A DNA stretch of 64,000 nucleotides from NCBI GenBank assembly GCA_964582375.1, contig CAZORL010000004.1, positions 18,357 through 82,356 on the forward strand, written 5' to 3'. The position numbers and the translations under genes were made by a program. The notes beneath the pieces are model-generated. The model made no database searches. It was not told where the DNA came from and saw nothing but the letters and a program-made list of their open reading frames with translations. This DNA is from an uncultured Lachnospiraceae bacterium. GTDB taxonomy: Bacteria > Bacillota > Clostridia > Oscillospirales > CAG-272. Positions 35,137 to 44,917 of this stretch are shown here, one piece after another. The number at the start of each line of letters is the position of its first letter. The first letter of the stretch is position 1.

Positions 35137-36273
35137 TCATTCCCCTGCCTTTGTCACTTTTTTAACATATGCACGTCTGCGTTTGTGTATTTCTCTCGGA
35201 AAACGCTTCCACTGATTTTGAATGGCAAAATTGTCTTCGAGATTTAGGTTCGTCTCGGCGTATTCGATGTTGTCCTCGGCAAGCATTCGCATAAGCTCTG
35301 CGGTGATTATGGCAGTGATGCCTCTGTTTAGATATTCGGGATGGACCGCGATAAGTCCGAGATCGAGCACCTTCGGATGTTTGATCGCACCGAGCAGGCG
35401 AACAAGTGCGGCGGGGGTCATATGACCGTTTGACCTCTGAACGGCATGCGCCAGTGACGGAAAGCAAATTCCCATGCAGACTATCTTGTCATTTTCGTCA
35501 AGGATCGCTGCGACATATTTAAGATCGATGATCAGTCTGAAATTGTCGATCATCATTTTCTTCATGCCGTCGGTGAAGGGAACGGTCCCGTAGAGCCCTT
35601 CGTATCCGATGTCGATCAGCTCAAACAGACCATCTGCGTATTTGTTTATAAAATCCCCGACATTTTTTGCCTTGCCGATGCGCAGTTTGTAACGGTTCAT
35701 AACAAAATCCGACATTTTTTTCATCCGGGCGATCGACTCGGGGTCGGGAGCACGCAGTATCGACTCGTTCCAGTCAACCTCTTTGACATATCCGCTGTCC
35801 TCAACGAGTTTTGGGTAGTAATCATAGTTGTACTGCTCCTCGTATGTGGACAGCCTGTCAAAGCCCTCGATCAAAAGCCCCTCACGCTCAAGATCCGAAA
35901 ATCCCAGCGGGCCGCAGAGAGTGTCCATGCCTCTCTTGGCGGCAAAATCTTCAACCGCCGAAAAGAGCGCGCGTGAGACTTCCGTGTCGTCAATGCAGTC
36001 AAATCGCGTAAATCTGACACGCTTTTCGCCATGCTTTTCGTTCGATGCTCTCTGCAGGATCGCGGAAATTCGTCCGACGGTCACACCGTCTCTTTTGGCG
36101 AGAAAATATTCGCTCTCACAGCTGTCATTGTATATGTAATTTTTTGAAAAGATCTTTTTTTCGTCTCCCCAAAGCGGTGGGACAAAAAACTCACAGTCTT
36201 TATACAGCCTCAACGGAAAATTCAGAAATTCGTTTTGCTCTTTTTTGCTTCTTACCTTGATGATGTCTACCAT
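35137..36273 (-). CDS. Uncharacterised protein of about 378 aa, probable tandem GNAT (acyl-CoA N-acyltransferase) fold
   Basis: The C-terminal half contains the GNAT motif-A-like IAVHPEYLNRGITAIITAEL. The N-terminus MVDIIKVRSKKEQNEFLNFPLRLYKDCEFFVPPLWGDEKK resembles a widespread unstudied family usually labelled GNAT N-acetyltransferase (from memory, unverified). The start is taken at the ATG at 36273. Confidence 0.5.
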   Translation of the reverse strand: MVDIIKVRSKKEQNEFLNFPLRLYKDCEFFVPPLWGDEKKIFSKNYIYNDSCESEYFLAKRDGVTVGRISAILQRASNEKHGEKRVRFTRFDCIDDTEVSRALFSAVEDFAAKRGMDTLCGPLGFSDLEREGLLIEGFDRLSTYEEQYNYDYYPKLVEDSGYVKEVDWNESILRAPDPESIARMKKMSDFVMNRYKLRIGKAKNVGDFINKYADGLFELIDIGYEGLYGTVPFTDGMKKMMIDNFRLIIDLKYVAAILDENDKIVCMGICFPSLAHAVQRSNGHMTPAALVRLLGAIKHPKVLDLGLIAVHPEYLNRGITAIITAELMRMLAEDNIEYAETNLNLEDNFAIQNQWKRFPREIHKRRRAYVKKVTKAGE

Positions 36274-36284
36274 AACAGCCTCGC

Positions 36285-37175
36285 TTATCTGTGCAGAGCG
36301 TGGAAGCAAATGCCCGCACCGTTCGGTCCACAGTGACTGCCAGCTGTTGGGTTGGTAGGTACTATCTCGATATCAAGCGTATCACCGAACTCTGTACGCA
36401 TCATGTCGGCAAGCTCATTGGCAAATTCGGGAGCATCGGTGTGACCGACTATCACCTTGTGGGATGCAACATCGTCGCCAAGCTCGCGTGCATAGGAGAT
36501 CAGCTTTTCCATCGCACGCTCTCTGCCGCGCTCCTTGCCTATGCTGACCATCTTTCCCTCGGGTGACATGTAAATGATCGGACGTATGCCGAGCAGTGTG
36601 CCCATGGTTGCCGAAATGCCGCTGACTCTGCCCGAACGCTTGAAGAACTTGAGATCGTCGGCAAAAAAGTACATGGCATAGTGATCGACCTCACGCTCCG
36701 CAAAAGCGAGCATCTCTTCGACCGATGCACCGTCCGAGAGCATTTTCCCAACCTCGGAAAGGAACATGTATCCCATGATCGCAATTCCTTTGGTGTCTAT
36801 CGAGTAAAATTTCCTCTCGGGAAAATCGGCACGAAGACGTTCGAGTGCTTTTTCCATTACATCAAATGTGCAGGTCATCTCTGCCGAGAAATGGACATAG
36901 AGTATGTCATTTCCTGCCTCAAATTCGGGGCGGAAGTAGTTGTCGTACGCCTGCTCGGTCAGTGCGCTCGTTGTCGGGAGCGTGCCCTCACGAAGTGTGT
37001 TATAGAATGCGTGAATATCAAATTCGTTCGGATCATCGCCAAACTCGGCGTTGTTTTCGTATGGTCTGATCTCACGTCCGTCGATCGCAAACGGCATGCT
37101 GATAAGCTTGCATCCGTATTTTTTTGCGATCGCAGGGGTGATGTCGCAATCGGTATCCGCAAAAAGTGTAAGCAT
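36285..37175 (-). CDS. fakB: DegV family fatty-acid-binding protein (FakB-type)
   Basis: DegV N-terminus LTLFADTDCDITP, internal ...TSALTEQ..., size about 296 aa, directly downstream of the Dak2-domain gene. Confidence 0.85.
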   Translation of the reverse strand: MLTLFADTDCDITPAIAKKYGCKLISMPFAIDGREIRPYENNAEFGDDPNEFDIHAFYNTLREGTLPTTSALTEQAYDNYFRPEFEAGNDILYVHFSAEMTCTFDVMEKALERLRADFPERKFYSIDTKGIAIMGYMFLSEVGKMLSDGASVEEMLAFAEREVDHYAMYFFADDLKFFKRSGRVSGISATMGTLLGIRPIIYMSPEGKMVSIGKERGRERAMEKLISYARELGDDVASHKVIVGHTDAPEFANELADMMRTEFGDTLDIEIVPTNPTAGSHCGPNGAGICFHALHR

Positions 37176-37200
37176 TTTGATTTTCCTTTCGTATTTTGAG

Positions 37201-38871
37201 TTATTCAAGTACCGCAGTGTAATCGTATATCGGCTGACCGCCGTCGATCATTATTATCTCGATCTTTTTGTATTTTTCGCGAAGCCTGTCGCAAAGGGTG
37301 CGTGCGACACTTGTCTTTGCATCCTCGCCGACAAGCAACAGCATGACCCCGTAGCCGGACAGATCCTCCGCCTCAAGCATCCGACAAAGTGCCTCCTCGG
37401 CACACTTTGCCTGTGATAAGATCTTGTCGCCGGTGAATCCGATGTAACTGCCTTCTTCAACCGAAACACCGCCGACCTTTGCGCATCTTTCGGCACGCGA
37501 TACGCTGAGCGTGCGAACCTGCGAGATAACATCGGATAGCTCGGACATGATCGTGTCGGTGTCACCCTCGGTGTCCATCATCGACATCGCCGCATATCCC
37601 TCCCCGACCGTCCGTGTTTCGAGTACGCAGATCTTTGACCCATCGTAAAGCTCGGATGCTTGTTTTGCCGTCATTATTATGTTTTTGTTGTTCGGGAAAA
37701 CGAATATCCTTTCGGCATCAGCTGATTTGAATGCATCTATCATGTCGGCAACCGACGGGTTCATCGATTGCCCTCCGTCAACAACGGCATCCGCACCAAG
37801 CGATCTGAAGGTCTCTTTAAGCCCCTCTCCGGCGGCAACGGCAACGATTCCCGTCTTTTTGCGGGCTTTTTTGGCAAGCAGCTTTTGTGCATTGTCTCCG
37901 CGTGCGATCGCCGCCTTGTTTTGGAATGTCATGTTCTCGATCTTAAGCGTCAGAAATTCTCCGTATTTTTGGCAATGATTCAAAACATCCCCGGGGACTT
38001 TCGTGTGGACGTGAACCTTTACGATACTTTCCTGCACAAACGCAACGATCGAATCTCCGACCGATTGCAGATACTTTATCAGTGTATCAAGGTCAAAGCT
38101 TTTGATATCGCATTTTGATGATTGAAGCCTTAATAGAAACTCGGTGCAGTAGCCGAATTCGAGCGTGCTTTCGGATGAAAACAGCGAAAAATCCACGCAT
38201 GTCGCTCCGCCGACCGAAAATTCGCCCTTTTCCGAGGCTCTCTCGGGCATTTTGCCGAAAAGCGCATCACGCATTCCCTCGAATATGCAGAGAAGCCCCG
38301 CGCCCCCGCTGTCAACGACGCCCGCCTCCGCAAGTGCGGGAAGCAGATCTGTGGTGCGATCGAGTGAGCGACGCATCTCGTCGAGCAGAGCGTCAAAATA
38401 TTCTGCTATCTCGCCGCTTTTGGCAGTGCTGTTTGCATAGGCGACCGCATCCTTGAAAACGGTCAGTATAGTGCCCTCGACAGGGTGGGGAACTGCGCTG
38501 TATGCCGACCTGACTCCCGCACTCATCGAACGCATCAGCCTGTCGATATCGGCAGACTCGATCGTCGAAAACTCGCTTGTTATTCCCGAAAAAATACGCG
38601 AGAGTATAACCCCCGAGTTTCCGCGTGCACCGAGAAGCATCCCGTCGGACGCCGCCTTTGCCGCATCGCAAAGACGCTCGCCCGCAACCTCAGCCGCCGC
38701 CGCACCTCTGTCAAAGGTCATCAGCATGTTGTCGCCCGTGTCACCGTCGGGGATCGGAAAGACATTTAAGTCGTTAACGCTCTGACGGTGCTCCGCAAGT
38801 CTGCCAGAGCCTGCTCGAAGCATGTCGGCAAAGACCTTGCCGCTTATCGTTGTCGTGTTATATTCTGTCAT
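37201..38871 (-). CDS. fakA: DAK2-domain protein (YloV / fatty acid kinase FakA type)
   Basis: Dak2 motif FPIPDGDTGDNM, LGARGNSGVILS, 556 aa, typical of the YloV/FakA architecture. Confidence 0.85.
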   Translation of the reverse strand: MTEYNTTTISGKVFADMLRAGSGRLAEHRQSVNDLNVFPIPDGDTGDNMLMTFDRGAAAAEVAGERLCDAAKAASDGMLLGARGNSGVILSRIFSGITSEFSTIESADIDRLMRSMSAGVRSAYSAVPHPVEGTILTVFKDAVAYANSTAKSGEIAEYFDALLDEMRRSLDRTTDLLPALAEAGVVDSGGAGLLCIFEGMRDALFGKMPERASEKGEFSVGGATCVDFSLFSSESTLEFGYCTEFLLRLQSSKCDIKSFDLDTLIKYLQSVGDSIVAFVQESIVKVHVHTKVPGDVLNHCQKYGEFLTLKIENMTFQNKAAIARGDNAQKLLAKKARKKTGIVAVAAGEGLKETFRSLGADAVVDGGQSMNPSVADMIDAFKSADAERIFVFPNNKNIIMTAKQASELYDGSKICVLETRTVGEGYAAMSMMDTEGDTDTIMSELSDVISQVRTLSVSRAERCAKVGGVSVEEGSYIGFTGDKILSQAKCAEEALCRMLEAEDLSGYGVMLLLVGEDAKTSVARTLCDRLREKYKKIEIIMIDGGQPIYDYTAVLE

Positions 38872-38897
38872 TTTTGCTCCTTTTAGTGTCGATCGAT

Positions 38898-39140
38898 CTA
38901 TTTGACTTTGATCGGTTCTATTAACTCAATAATGTCATAAAGCGTGCATCCGAGTACCTCGCAGATCTTCATAAGTGTGCTGAGATGCACGGGCTGATTT
39001 TTACCGAGTTTTGCTATTACCGCAGAACTCAGCTTGGTCATTTTTTGCAGATCCTTTTTCTTCATTTTTCTGTCGATAAGCAGTTTCCAAAGCTTGTCAT
39101 ATGACAGTTTAAGCGTTTGAGTTACCTTTTCGCCTGACAT
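38898..39140 (-). CDS. Small XRE/Cro-type HTH transcriptional regulator
   Basis: 80 aa. HTH segment KKKDLQKMTKLSSAVIAKLGKNQPVHLSTLMKICEVLGCTLYDI. The ATG at 39140 follows GGAGGG. It is the first gene of the fakA operon. Confidence 0.75.
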   Translation of the reverse strand: MSGEKVTQTLKLSYDKLWKLLIDRKMKKKDLQKMTKLSSAVIAKLGKNQPVHLSTLMKICEVLGCTLYDIIELIEPIKVK

Positions 39141-39172
39141 GATCGTCACCCTCCTTTTTTTCTTGTACCGTT

Positions 39173-39201
39173 AGTATATCACAAATTTCGACATTTGTCA
39201 A
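39173..39201 (-). promoter_or_regulatory. Promoter of the HTH-fakA-fakB-GNAT-plsX-acpP operon
   Basis: On the minus strand: TTGACA (39201-39196), 17 nt, TATACT (39178-39173). Confidence 0.6.
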
Positions 39202-39284
39202 CAATAATCTTTATTTTCGTAAAGATTTTCTTTTTCAAGTAAAAGAAAAAGAGCCGTCCCTGCAAAACAGCTCTTTAACTTATG

Positions 39285-42239
39285 TTACATTACCGCGCGT
39301 ACATATCTGTACCACAGCTTTTTGGGTATCGACAGTGCCGAGTATTCGGTCTTTATCAGAGATTCCGCAAATTCTCCGAGCCTTTCAAGCCCCTCTCTGC
39401 TTATCTCTCCCGAAAATTCGAGTTCCTCCATTATTTCGGTGATCTCTGTCATGGTGTGTGACCATGCAAGGCGTCTGCGTATCGCTGCCGCCGCTTTTTT
39501 ATCGCGCGGATCGGGACGTGCCGGATGATCTGCTCTGTAAGCAAATTCGAGCGGTGTCTCGCCCGAGTGCACCTTTGCGACAGTCAGTCTGACGACCTCC
39601 CATATGCAGTCGATGAGGACTCCCGATATCGCCGCCATTTCGGTCTTGTCCTCAAAGTTTCCGTAGATCGCACGCTCGATGTAGTAATCTCTTCCCGCAC
39701 GTATCTTCTTTTGCCGCTTGTACATTAGCAGCATGATGACGGCAACGATCGCCACAGCTCCGATCGATATGCAGATCTTTGCAATGTCGGCGGCGGACAG
39801 CGTGAATTTGTCCTTTTCGCCCTCATCGCCCTCATCATCTTTGACATCAGGCTCTGTTGTGGTGTCGCTCGTTTCGGGGGGTGTAGTAAATTCGGGTTTT
39901 GATGTTACCGGATCGACGATCGACGGTAGCTTTGAGTCGCTCGATCTGTCAATATAGTAAATGGCAGAATAATATGACGGCGTTACCTCGATCGTGCGCC
40001 AGCCGAGTCCGTCTATCCAGACCTCGACCCATGCATGTGCATCTTCGTCGGTTACCGACGATCTGTAGATCTTGTTTCCCTCATCGTCTTTGCTCTCGTA
40101 AAAATTGTTTGCGAGATATCCCTGAACATATCTTGCGGGAATGCCCAGTTCTCTTAATATGAGCGTTGCCGCCGTCGCAAATTGTACACAGTATCCGTCT
40201 TTTGTCTCAAGCAAAAATGAGTCAATGTCAGATGCGTACTCACCCGACGGCTTTGTCGGCTCGGTCGTGTACTTGTAATTAAGTATCATGTAGTTGACAA
40301 CAGCCATGATCTTATCAAAATCGGTCGGCGCGGCACTGACCTCATCATACAGCTCGGCGGCGATCGATTTTACGCTTTCAAGCGATGCTCCCTTGCCGTA
40401 AAACTCTTTGACATAGGCTGCGTATTCTTCGTATGCACTGACGTTTTCGGCGATCCACTGCCTGCGATTCGACGATTCGAGAAATTCCTCTATTCCGTCT
40501 GTTCCGTAGCTTGAAAGTCCTTCAAGTTTTAGCCGTTCGGTAAATCGCTCGCGAAGATCGTCAGCGTCCGAGGTCGCGATATTTGCTGCATTTTTCAAAA
40601 AGTCGTTGACAAGCAGATTGTATTTTGCCGCACTGTCCGCATTTGCCGCATAATTCTTGTGTATGTAGGTCGGAAGGATCGCAGGGGCGGTGAATGCTTT
40701 TTTGAGATTCAGCCAGCTTGATGTGTATATTCCGTCCGAATAGAGATCAACACTCTCGGAGTATTTGTCCTCTCTCGACAGGTGTTCGTAATTGCCTATC
40801 GATGCCCCGACATAACTCTGCGGCATCGTGTACAAAAGTCCCGTGCTTTTTATCGATTCAACATCAACAAGCGTCGCATAATATCCGAGCCTTGACTCGC
40901 CGTAGTATTTGTCCTTCGGGAACGAATCCGGGTCAAGCCACGAGTCCAATCTGCGGTAGAGCGAATATGTCAGCGTGTCTCCGCTGATCCCCGTATATCT
41001 GTTCCGCATCACGGCGAGCATGTCCTTGTAATCATCATCAGTGAGCAGATTCCATGAGTTGTCGCTCTCGTTAAAGTCCGAGGCGATCCAGCTGCGCAGG
41101 TATATGTTCTGATTTTTTGTGTAAGATGACACCTTGAACAACTGTACACCGTCAAAATGTATGTCTTCAAGCTCTGCCGATCGCTTGTCGATCAGAGAGT
41201 TCATCACGTTGAGTCTCGGGTCACCGCCCGTCAGCAGTGTCATCACAATGTTGCGCGCCGATGATATCGGACGGCTTATCGCTTTGATCTCTCGCCAGGG
41301 GGTCTTGATCGCCGCGGCGGGACCTGCAAGGACGGCGATCACGAGCAGTCCCGCAAGTGCTGATGAAAATCCTGAATATGCACGCGATTTTTTTGAATTT
41401 TTGTGCTCGGCGTACAACCTGTCGTATGCAGAAAGAACAACGGTCGAGCAAAGTCCTGCCAAAATGCTGACAATGCCGATGTTGCTTCCTGTCAGATTGT
41501 AGGTAAAGCAGACAGCACAGATCAACCCTCCGAAGATGAGCATCGGAACAAGCCTTGTTCGCTTTGCCGAAAAGGCGGCAAATATCAGCCCGATAAGAGT
41601 TGCGAGCGTGAATATTCCGCCGTAGATCAGCACTGCCTCAATGCGATCGGATGAGACCGACAGTGCCCCGAGCGACGGCAGATCAAAACGCGAGAGCGTT
41701 GCATATCCAAGCTCCTCGAGCATGTCCATCATTCTGCTCCAAAGTCGCTCGACTCCGTCGGTGATCAGCGTCAAGGGAGAGCCGACAAAGAGAAAGACTC
41801 CACCGACAAATGCCGCTATCATGCCTGCCCCGACCAATATCAGCTTGCCGCCGATGAAACAGAGCGAGAATGCCGCGACAGATCCGACACAGTAGAGCAG
41901 AAGTGCCCACAGATTTATCTCGACAAGCTCAAACGAGTCAACGATCAGCGCACATATGCCGAATACCGAAAGCCCGATCGAGAAGAACCTAAGCAGATAT
42001 CCGATCGGTATCGACAAAGGAAATCCCTTCATTCTGTCGGGGGCATAGAGCGTCGCATCCTCGTTTCGCCTCAGAGCGCGTTTTTGGCGACGCTCGGCTT
42101 TGGCACTCTCTTTTGTGCGCTTTGCGGCAATTTTCTTTGCTTTTTTCGCGCTTGCTTTTGTCACATCCGACGGCGAGTCGGAATTTATGTATTCTTCGAG
42201 ATCGACCGTTTTGTTTGTCTTTTTGCGATTATTCTTCAT
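39285..42239 (-). CDS. Polytopic membrane protein with transglutaminase-like cysteine protease core
   Basis: N-terminal TM block. Core DGYCVQFATAATLILRELGIPARYVQGY...DAHAWVEVWIDGLGWRTIEVTP (Cys-His-Asp). A further TM helix and a cytoplasmic tail follow. Confidence 0.85.
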   Translation of the reverse strand: MKNNRKKTNKTVDLEEYINSDSPSDVTKASAKKAKKIAAKRTKESAKAERRQKRALRRNEDATLYAPDRMKGFPLSIPIGYLLRFFSIGLSVFGICALIVDSFELVEINLWALLLYCVGSVAAFSLCFIGGKLILVGAGMIAAFVGGVFLFVGSPLTLITDGVERLWSRMMDMLEELGYATLSRFDLPSLGALSVSSDRIEAVLIYGGIFTLATLIGLIFAAFSAKRTRLVPMLIFGGLICAVCFTYNLTGSNIGIVSILAGLCSTVVLSAYDRLYAEHKNSKKSRAYSGFSSALAGLLVIAVLAGPAAAIKTPWREIKAISRPISSARNIVMTLLTGGDPRLNVMNSLIDKRSAELEDIHFDGVQLFKVSSYTKNQNIYLRSWIASDFNESDNSWNLLTDDDYKDMLAVMRNRYTGISGDTLTYSLYRRLDSWLDPDSFPKDKYYGESRLGYYATLVDVESIKSTGLLYTMPQSYVGASIGNYEHLSREDKYSESVDLYSDGIYTSSWLNLKKAFTAPAILPTYIHKNYAANADSAAKYNLLVNDFLKNAANIATSDADDLRERFTERLKLEGLSSYGTDGIEEFLESSNRRQWIAENVSAYEEYAAYVKEFYGKGASLESVKSIAAELYDEVSAAPTDFDKIMAVVNYMILNYKYTTEPTKPSGEYASDIDSFLLETKDGYCVQFATAATLILRELGIPARYVQGYLANNFYESKDDEGNKIYRSSVTDEDAHAWVEVWIDGLGWRTIEVTPSYYSAIYYIDRSSDSKLPSIVDPVTSKPEFTTPPETSDTTTEPDVKDDEGDEGEKDKFTLSAADIAKICISIGAVAIVAVIMLLMYKRQKKIRAGRDYYIERAIYGNFEDKTEMAAISGVLIDCIWEVVRLTVAKVHSGETPLEFAYRADHPARPDPRDKKAAAAIRRRLAWSHTMTEITEIMEELEFSGEISREGLERLGEFAESLIKTEYSALSIPKKLWYRYVRAVM

Positions 42240-43659
42240 CTTGATCGACCTCCTTTTGTGCCCTTGCTCTCGACACGCCGCCGCTTATCCTGCCGTCGCG
42301 TGCGTCAAGTACCTTGATGCCTTTACGGGACAGCTCCGAGAGCGAGTTCTCGAGTTCCTCGAAGTATCTGCCTTTTTCGGACTCGGCGATCTTTTCGGTC
42401 GGGATGTAGGTGTAAAACTCGGACGCAGCACCTCCGCGAAAGCTTGTCTCCGAAAGCGATGATACAAGCTTTCGCGATACTCTGCCGCCGACAAAACAGA
42501 ATGTCGCATTGTCAACGGCACCCGAGACTATCTCGGCAAGAGATGCGACCTCGTGCTCGGTTTTGACTATGGGTGCGGTCGCGAAAAGCCTGTATATCTC
42601 GTCAAACGCGGCGCGAGAGTCGATGCGTGCCGCCAAATAGCCCTCGCTGACTCGATCGTCAAACCAAATGAGTGTGACCGAGCTGCCTGACGTCAGCAGC
42701 AGTGCGTTGACGATGGCGATCGCACTCTCGATGATGCCGTCTGCCGCAAATTCGTTTATGTCGTCGGCATATTTTTCGGGATCGCTCTCATATCTTACCG
42801 CATTGTCGCAGATCACGATCGTTTGCTTTTCACTGTTTTTTGCGTATTGGCGTACCAAAAGCTCCTCTGTTTTCGATGAAAGCTTCCAGTGTATTGCGCG
42901 AAGTGAGTCACCGGGGGCGTAATTTCTTATGTCGGATATCTCGGTGTTGTCGTTGCCCGAATGCCTGTTTACCGTTTCGGTGATGTCGCTGTCAAGCCTG
43001 TCTCCGTCTCGTCCCGAGAGGGTACGCCTTGCGGGGAAAACGAAGATCTCTCTTGATAGGTTGACATCCATGCGATAGCAAAAGAGGCGCATGGGGTCTG
43101 ATATGTAAATATCGGATACACCTATCTCATATCCGCCGCGATAGGCAAAGGAAAGAGTTTTTTTGATCTCGTAACTGCCGAGCGGTATCAGCGAAAGCCT
43201 GGTGAGCCGCCTCTGACAGCGTACCGCGTCATCGGACGGGACGGAGATCATCGCATCGACGAACGGGAAGGGGATCGGCGAGCTGTTGCTGACTGTCAGT
43301 GAGAAATCGACCGGCGAGCCCTTTTCGACCTCGGTGTAATCAGACTCGGTATAGATCTTGATCGTCAGTGCGCCGATAAGAAGATATACAAGTGCCATTA
43401 TCGGCAAAAAGATCATAAATACGAGTATTACCGCAGATACCGAGCTTCGAAGTGTCTGCGTGAACACTATCGCAAAGATCAGCATCGCGACATAGATCGC
43501 AAAATTTGCCGTCGGACGGAATTTTACACCTCGTCCGTCGTGCCCCGCAAAACGCTCCTTGATCGGTGCGACGATGCGGCGACATTTTTCCCGAAGGCGT
43601 GAGGTCAGTGTGCCCACACGGCGAAAAAAATTGTTTATCGACTGTTTTGTTGATTTCAT
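42229..43659 (-). CDS. DUF58 (vWA-like) domain protein
   Basis: N-terminal TM helices, then DIRNYAPGDSLRAIHWKLSSK. It overlaps the downstream gene by 11 nt. Confidence 0.85.
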   Translation of the reverse strand: MKSTKQSINNFFRRVGTLTSRLREKCRRIVAPIKERFAGHDGRGVKFRPTANFAIYVAMLIFAIVFTQTLRSSVSAVILVFMIFLPIMALVYLLIGALTIKIYTESDYTEVEKGSPVDFSLTVSNSSPIPFPFVDAMISVPSDDAVRCQRRLTRLSLIPLGSYEIKKTLSFAYRGGYEIGVSDIYISDPMRLFCYRMDVNLSREIFVFPARRTLSGRDGDRLDSDITETVNRHSGNDNTEISDIRNYAPGDSLRAIHWKLSSKTEELLVRQYAKNSEKQTIVICDNAVRYESDPEKYADDINEFAADGIIESAIAIVNALLLTSGSSVTLIWFDDRVSEGYLAARIDSRAAFDEIYRLFATAPIVKTEHEVASLAEIVSGAVDNATFCFVGGRVSRKLVSSLSETSFRGGAASEFYTYIPTEKIAESEKGRYFEELENSLSELSRKGIKVLDARDGRISGGVSRARAQKEVDQDEE

Positions 43660-43673
43660 CTGCCGTCTGCCTG

Positions 43674-44663
43674 TCAGTTCTTCTTTTCGGATCGATCGGC
43701 ACCCTCACCGCGCGAGCCGCGGAAGGGAACGGATGTGTGAGAGAGTATGTCGGAAAGGACAGCCTCGGCATTCTTGCCCGCAAGCTTTGCCTCTTGAGTG
43801 AGTACAAGTCTGTGCGAAAGTACCGGACGAGCCACCGCCTTGACATCCTCGGGCGTTACATAATTTCTTCCGTGCATGAACGCCCATGCCGCCGATACGC
43901 GCATCAGCGCAAGGGATGCTCTCGGAGAGGCACCCAGCGAGATCATCGGGTGCTTTCTTGTCTCGTTTATCAGCGAAACTATGTACTTACATACCTCTTC
44001 GTCAACCTTTGCGGAAAGTACCTCAGCACGCATCTCGGCAATCGATTCTCTATCTGCAACAGACTTTACATCGTCGAGCGGATTGACGCCTCGACGGTCA
44101 AGCAGGATCGCGACCTCCTGCGCCTCGGAGGGATATCCCATTGAAAGCTTCATCGCAAATCTGTCAAGCTGAGCCTCGGGAAGGGGGTATGTGCCGATAA
44201 ATCCCTGCGGGTTCTGCGTTGCAATTACCATGAAGGGATCGGGCAGCTTGTATGTTACGCCGTCAACGGTCACTCTTGACTCTTCCATCGCCTCGAGCAG
44301 TGCCGACTGCGTTTTCGGCGAGGCACGGTTTATCTCGTCGCCGAGCAGGAGATTGCACATGCAAAGACCCTCGCGGTACTCGAATTTTTCGGTTTGTCTG
44401 CTGTAAATGTTAAATCCCGTGATGTCGGATGCCATGACGTCGGGTGTGAACTGCGCACGCTTGAACGAAAGTCCTGCGGCTTTTGCAAGTGCCGATGCCA
44501 AGGTCGTTTTACCGACACCCGGAACGTCCTCGATCAGAACATGTGAGCCTGAGAGCATCGCGCATATCAGAAGCGTGACCTCGTTTCTCTTGCCTACAAC
44601 AACCTTTTCGACCTCGTCGATCAGTGCGCCCGCACACTTTGAGCCTTTTGTTTGTTCGCCCAT
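43674..44663 (-). CDS. MoxR-family AAA+ ATPase
   Basis: Walker A DVPGVGKTTLA, Walker B LLGDEINRASPKTQSALLEAM, QNPQGFIGTYPLPEAQLDRF. Confidence 0.92.
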   Translation of the reverse strand: MGEQTKGSKCAGALIDEVEKVVVGKRNEVTLLICAMLSGSHVLIEDVPGVGKTTLASALAKAAGLSFKRAQFTPDVMASDITGFNIYSRQTEKFEYREGLCMCNLLLGDEINRASPKTQSALLEAMEESRVTVDGVTYKLPDPFMVIATQNPQGFIGTYPLPEAQLDRFAMKLSMGYPSEAQEVAILLDRRGVNPLDDVKSVADRESIAEMRAEVLSAKVDEEVCKYIVSLINETRKHPMISLGASPRASLALMRVSAAWAFMHGRNYVTPEDVKAVARPVLSHRLVLTQEAKLAGKNAEAVLSDILSHTSVPFRGSRGEGADRSEKKN

Positions 44664-44723
44664 TTTGATTCCTTCCCTCGGAAATATATCCGATCTGACA
44701 ATTTTTGTAGAATAAACATAAAT

Positions 44724-44752
44724 ATTTTATCATATTTGCCGATCAAAATCAA
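44724..44752 (-). promoter_or_regulatory. moxR operon promoter
   Basis: On the minus strand: TTGATT (44752-44747), 17 nt, TAAAAT (44729-44724). The spacer contains the GATCGGCAAAT motif. Confidence 0.5.
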
Positions 44753-44888
44753 TAATCGTCGGCGCACTTGTATGAATTTTAATGGGATATTTGTTGTATA
44801 AAATGTAAATTCTGAAGTGCGGTGAACTTTTGATCTTCGAACTTTTCGAATATGTTTGATGTTGATCGGCAAATAATGAAAAAGGCTG

Positions 44889-44917
44889 TTGATTTTTTTG
44901 AGATATTGTGGTATAAT
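44889..44917 (+). promoter_or_regulatory. hup promoter
   Basis: TTGATT, 17 nt, TATAAT, with TGG directly upstream (extended -10). Confidence 0.6.
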
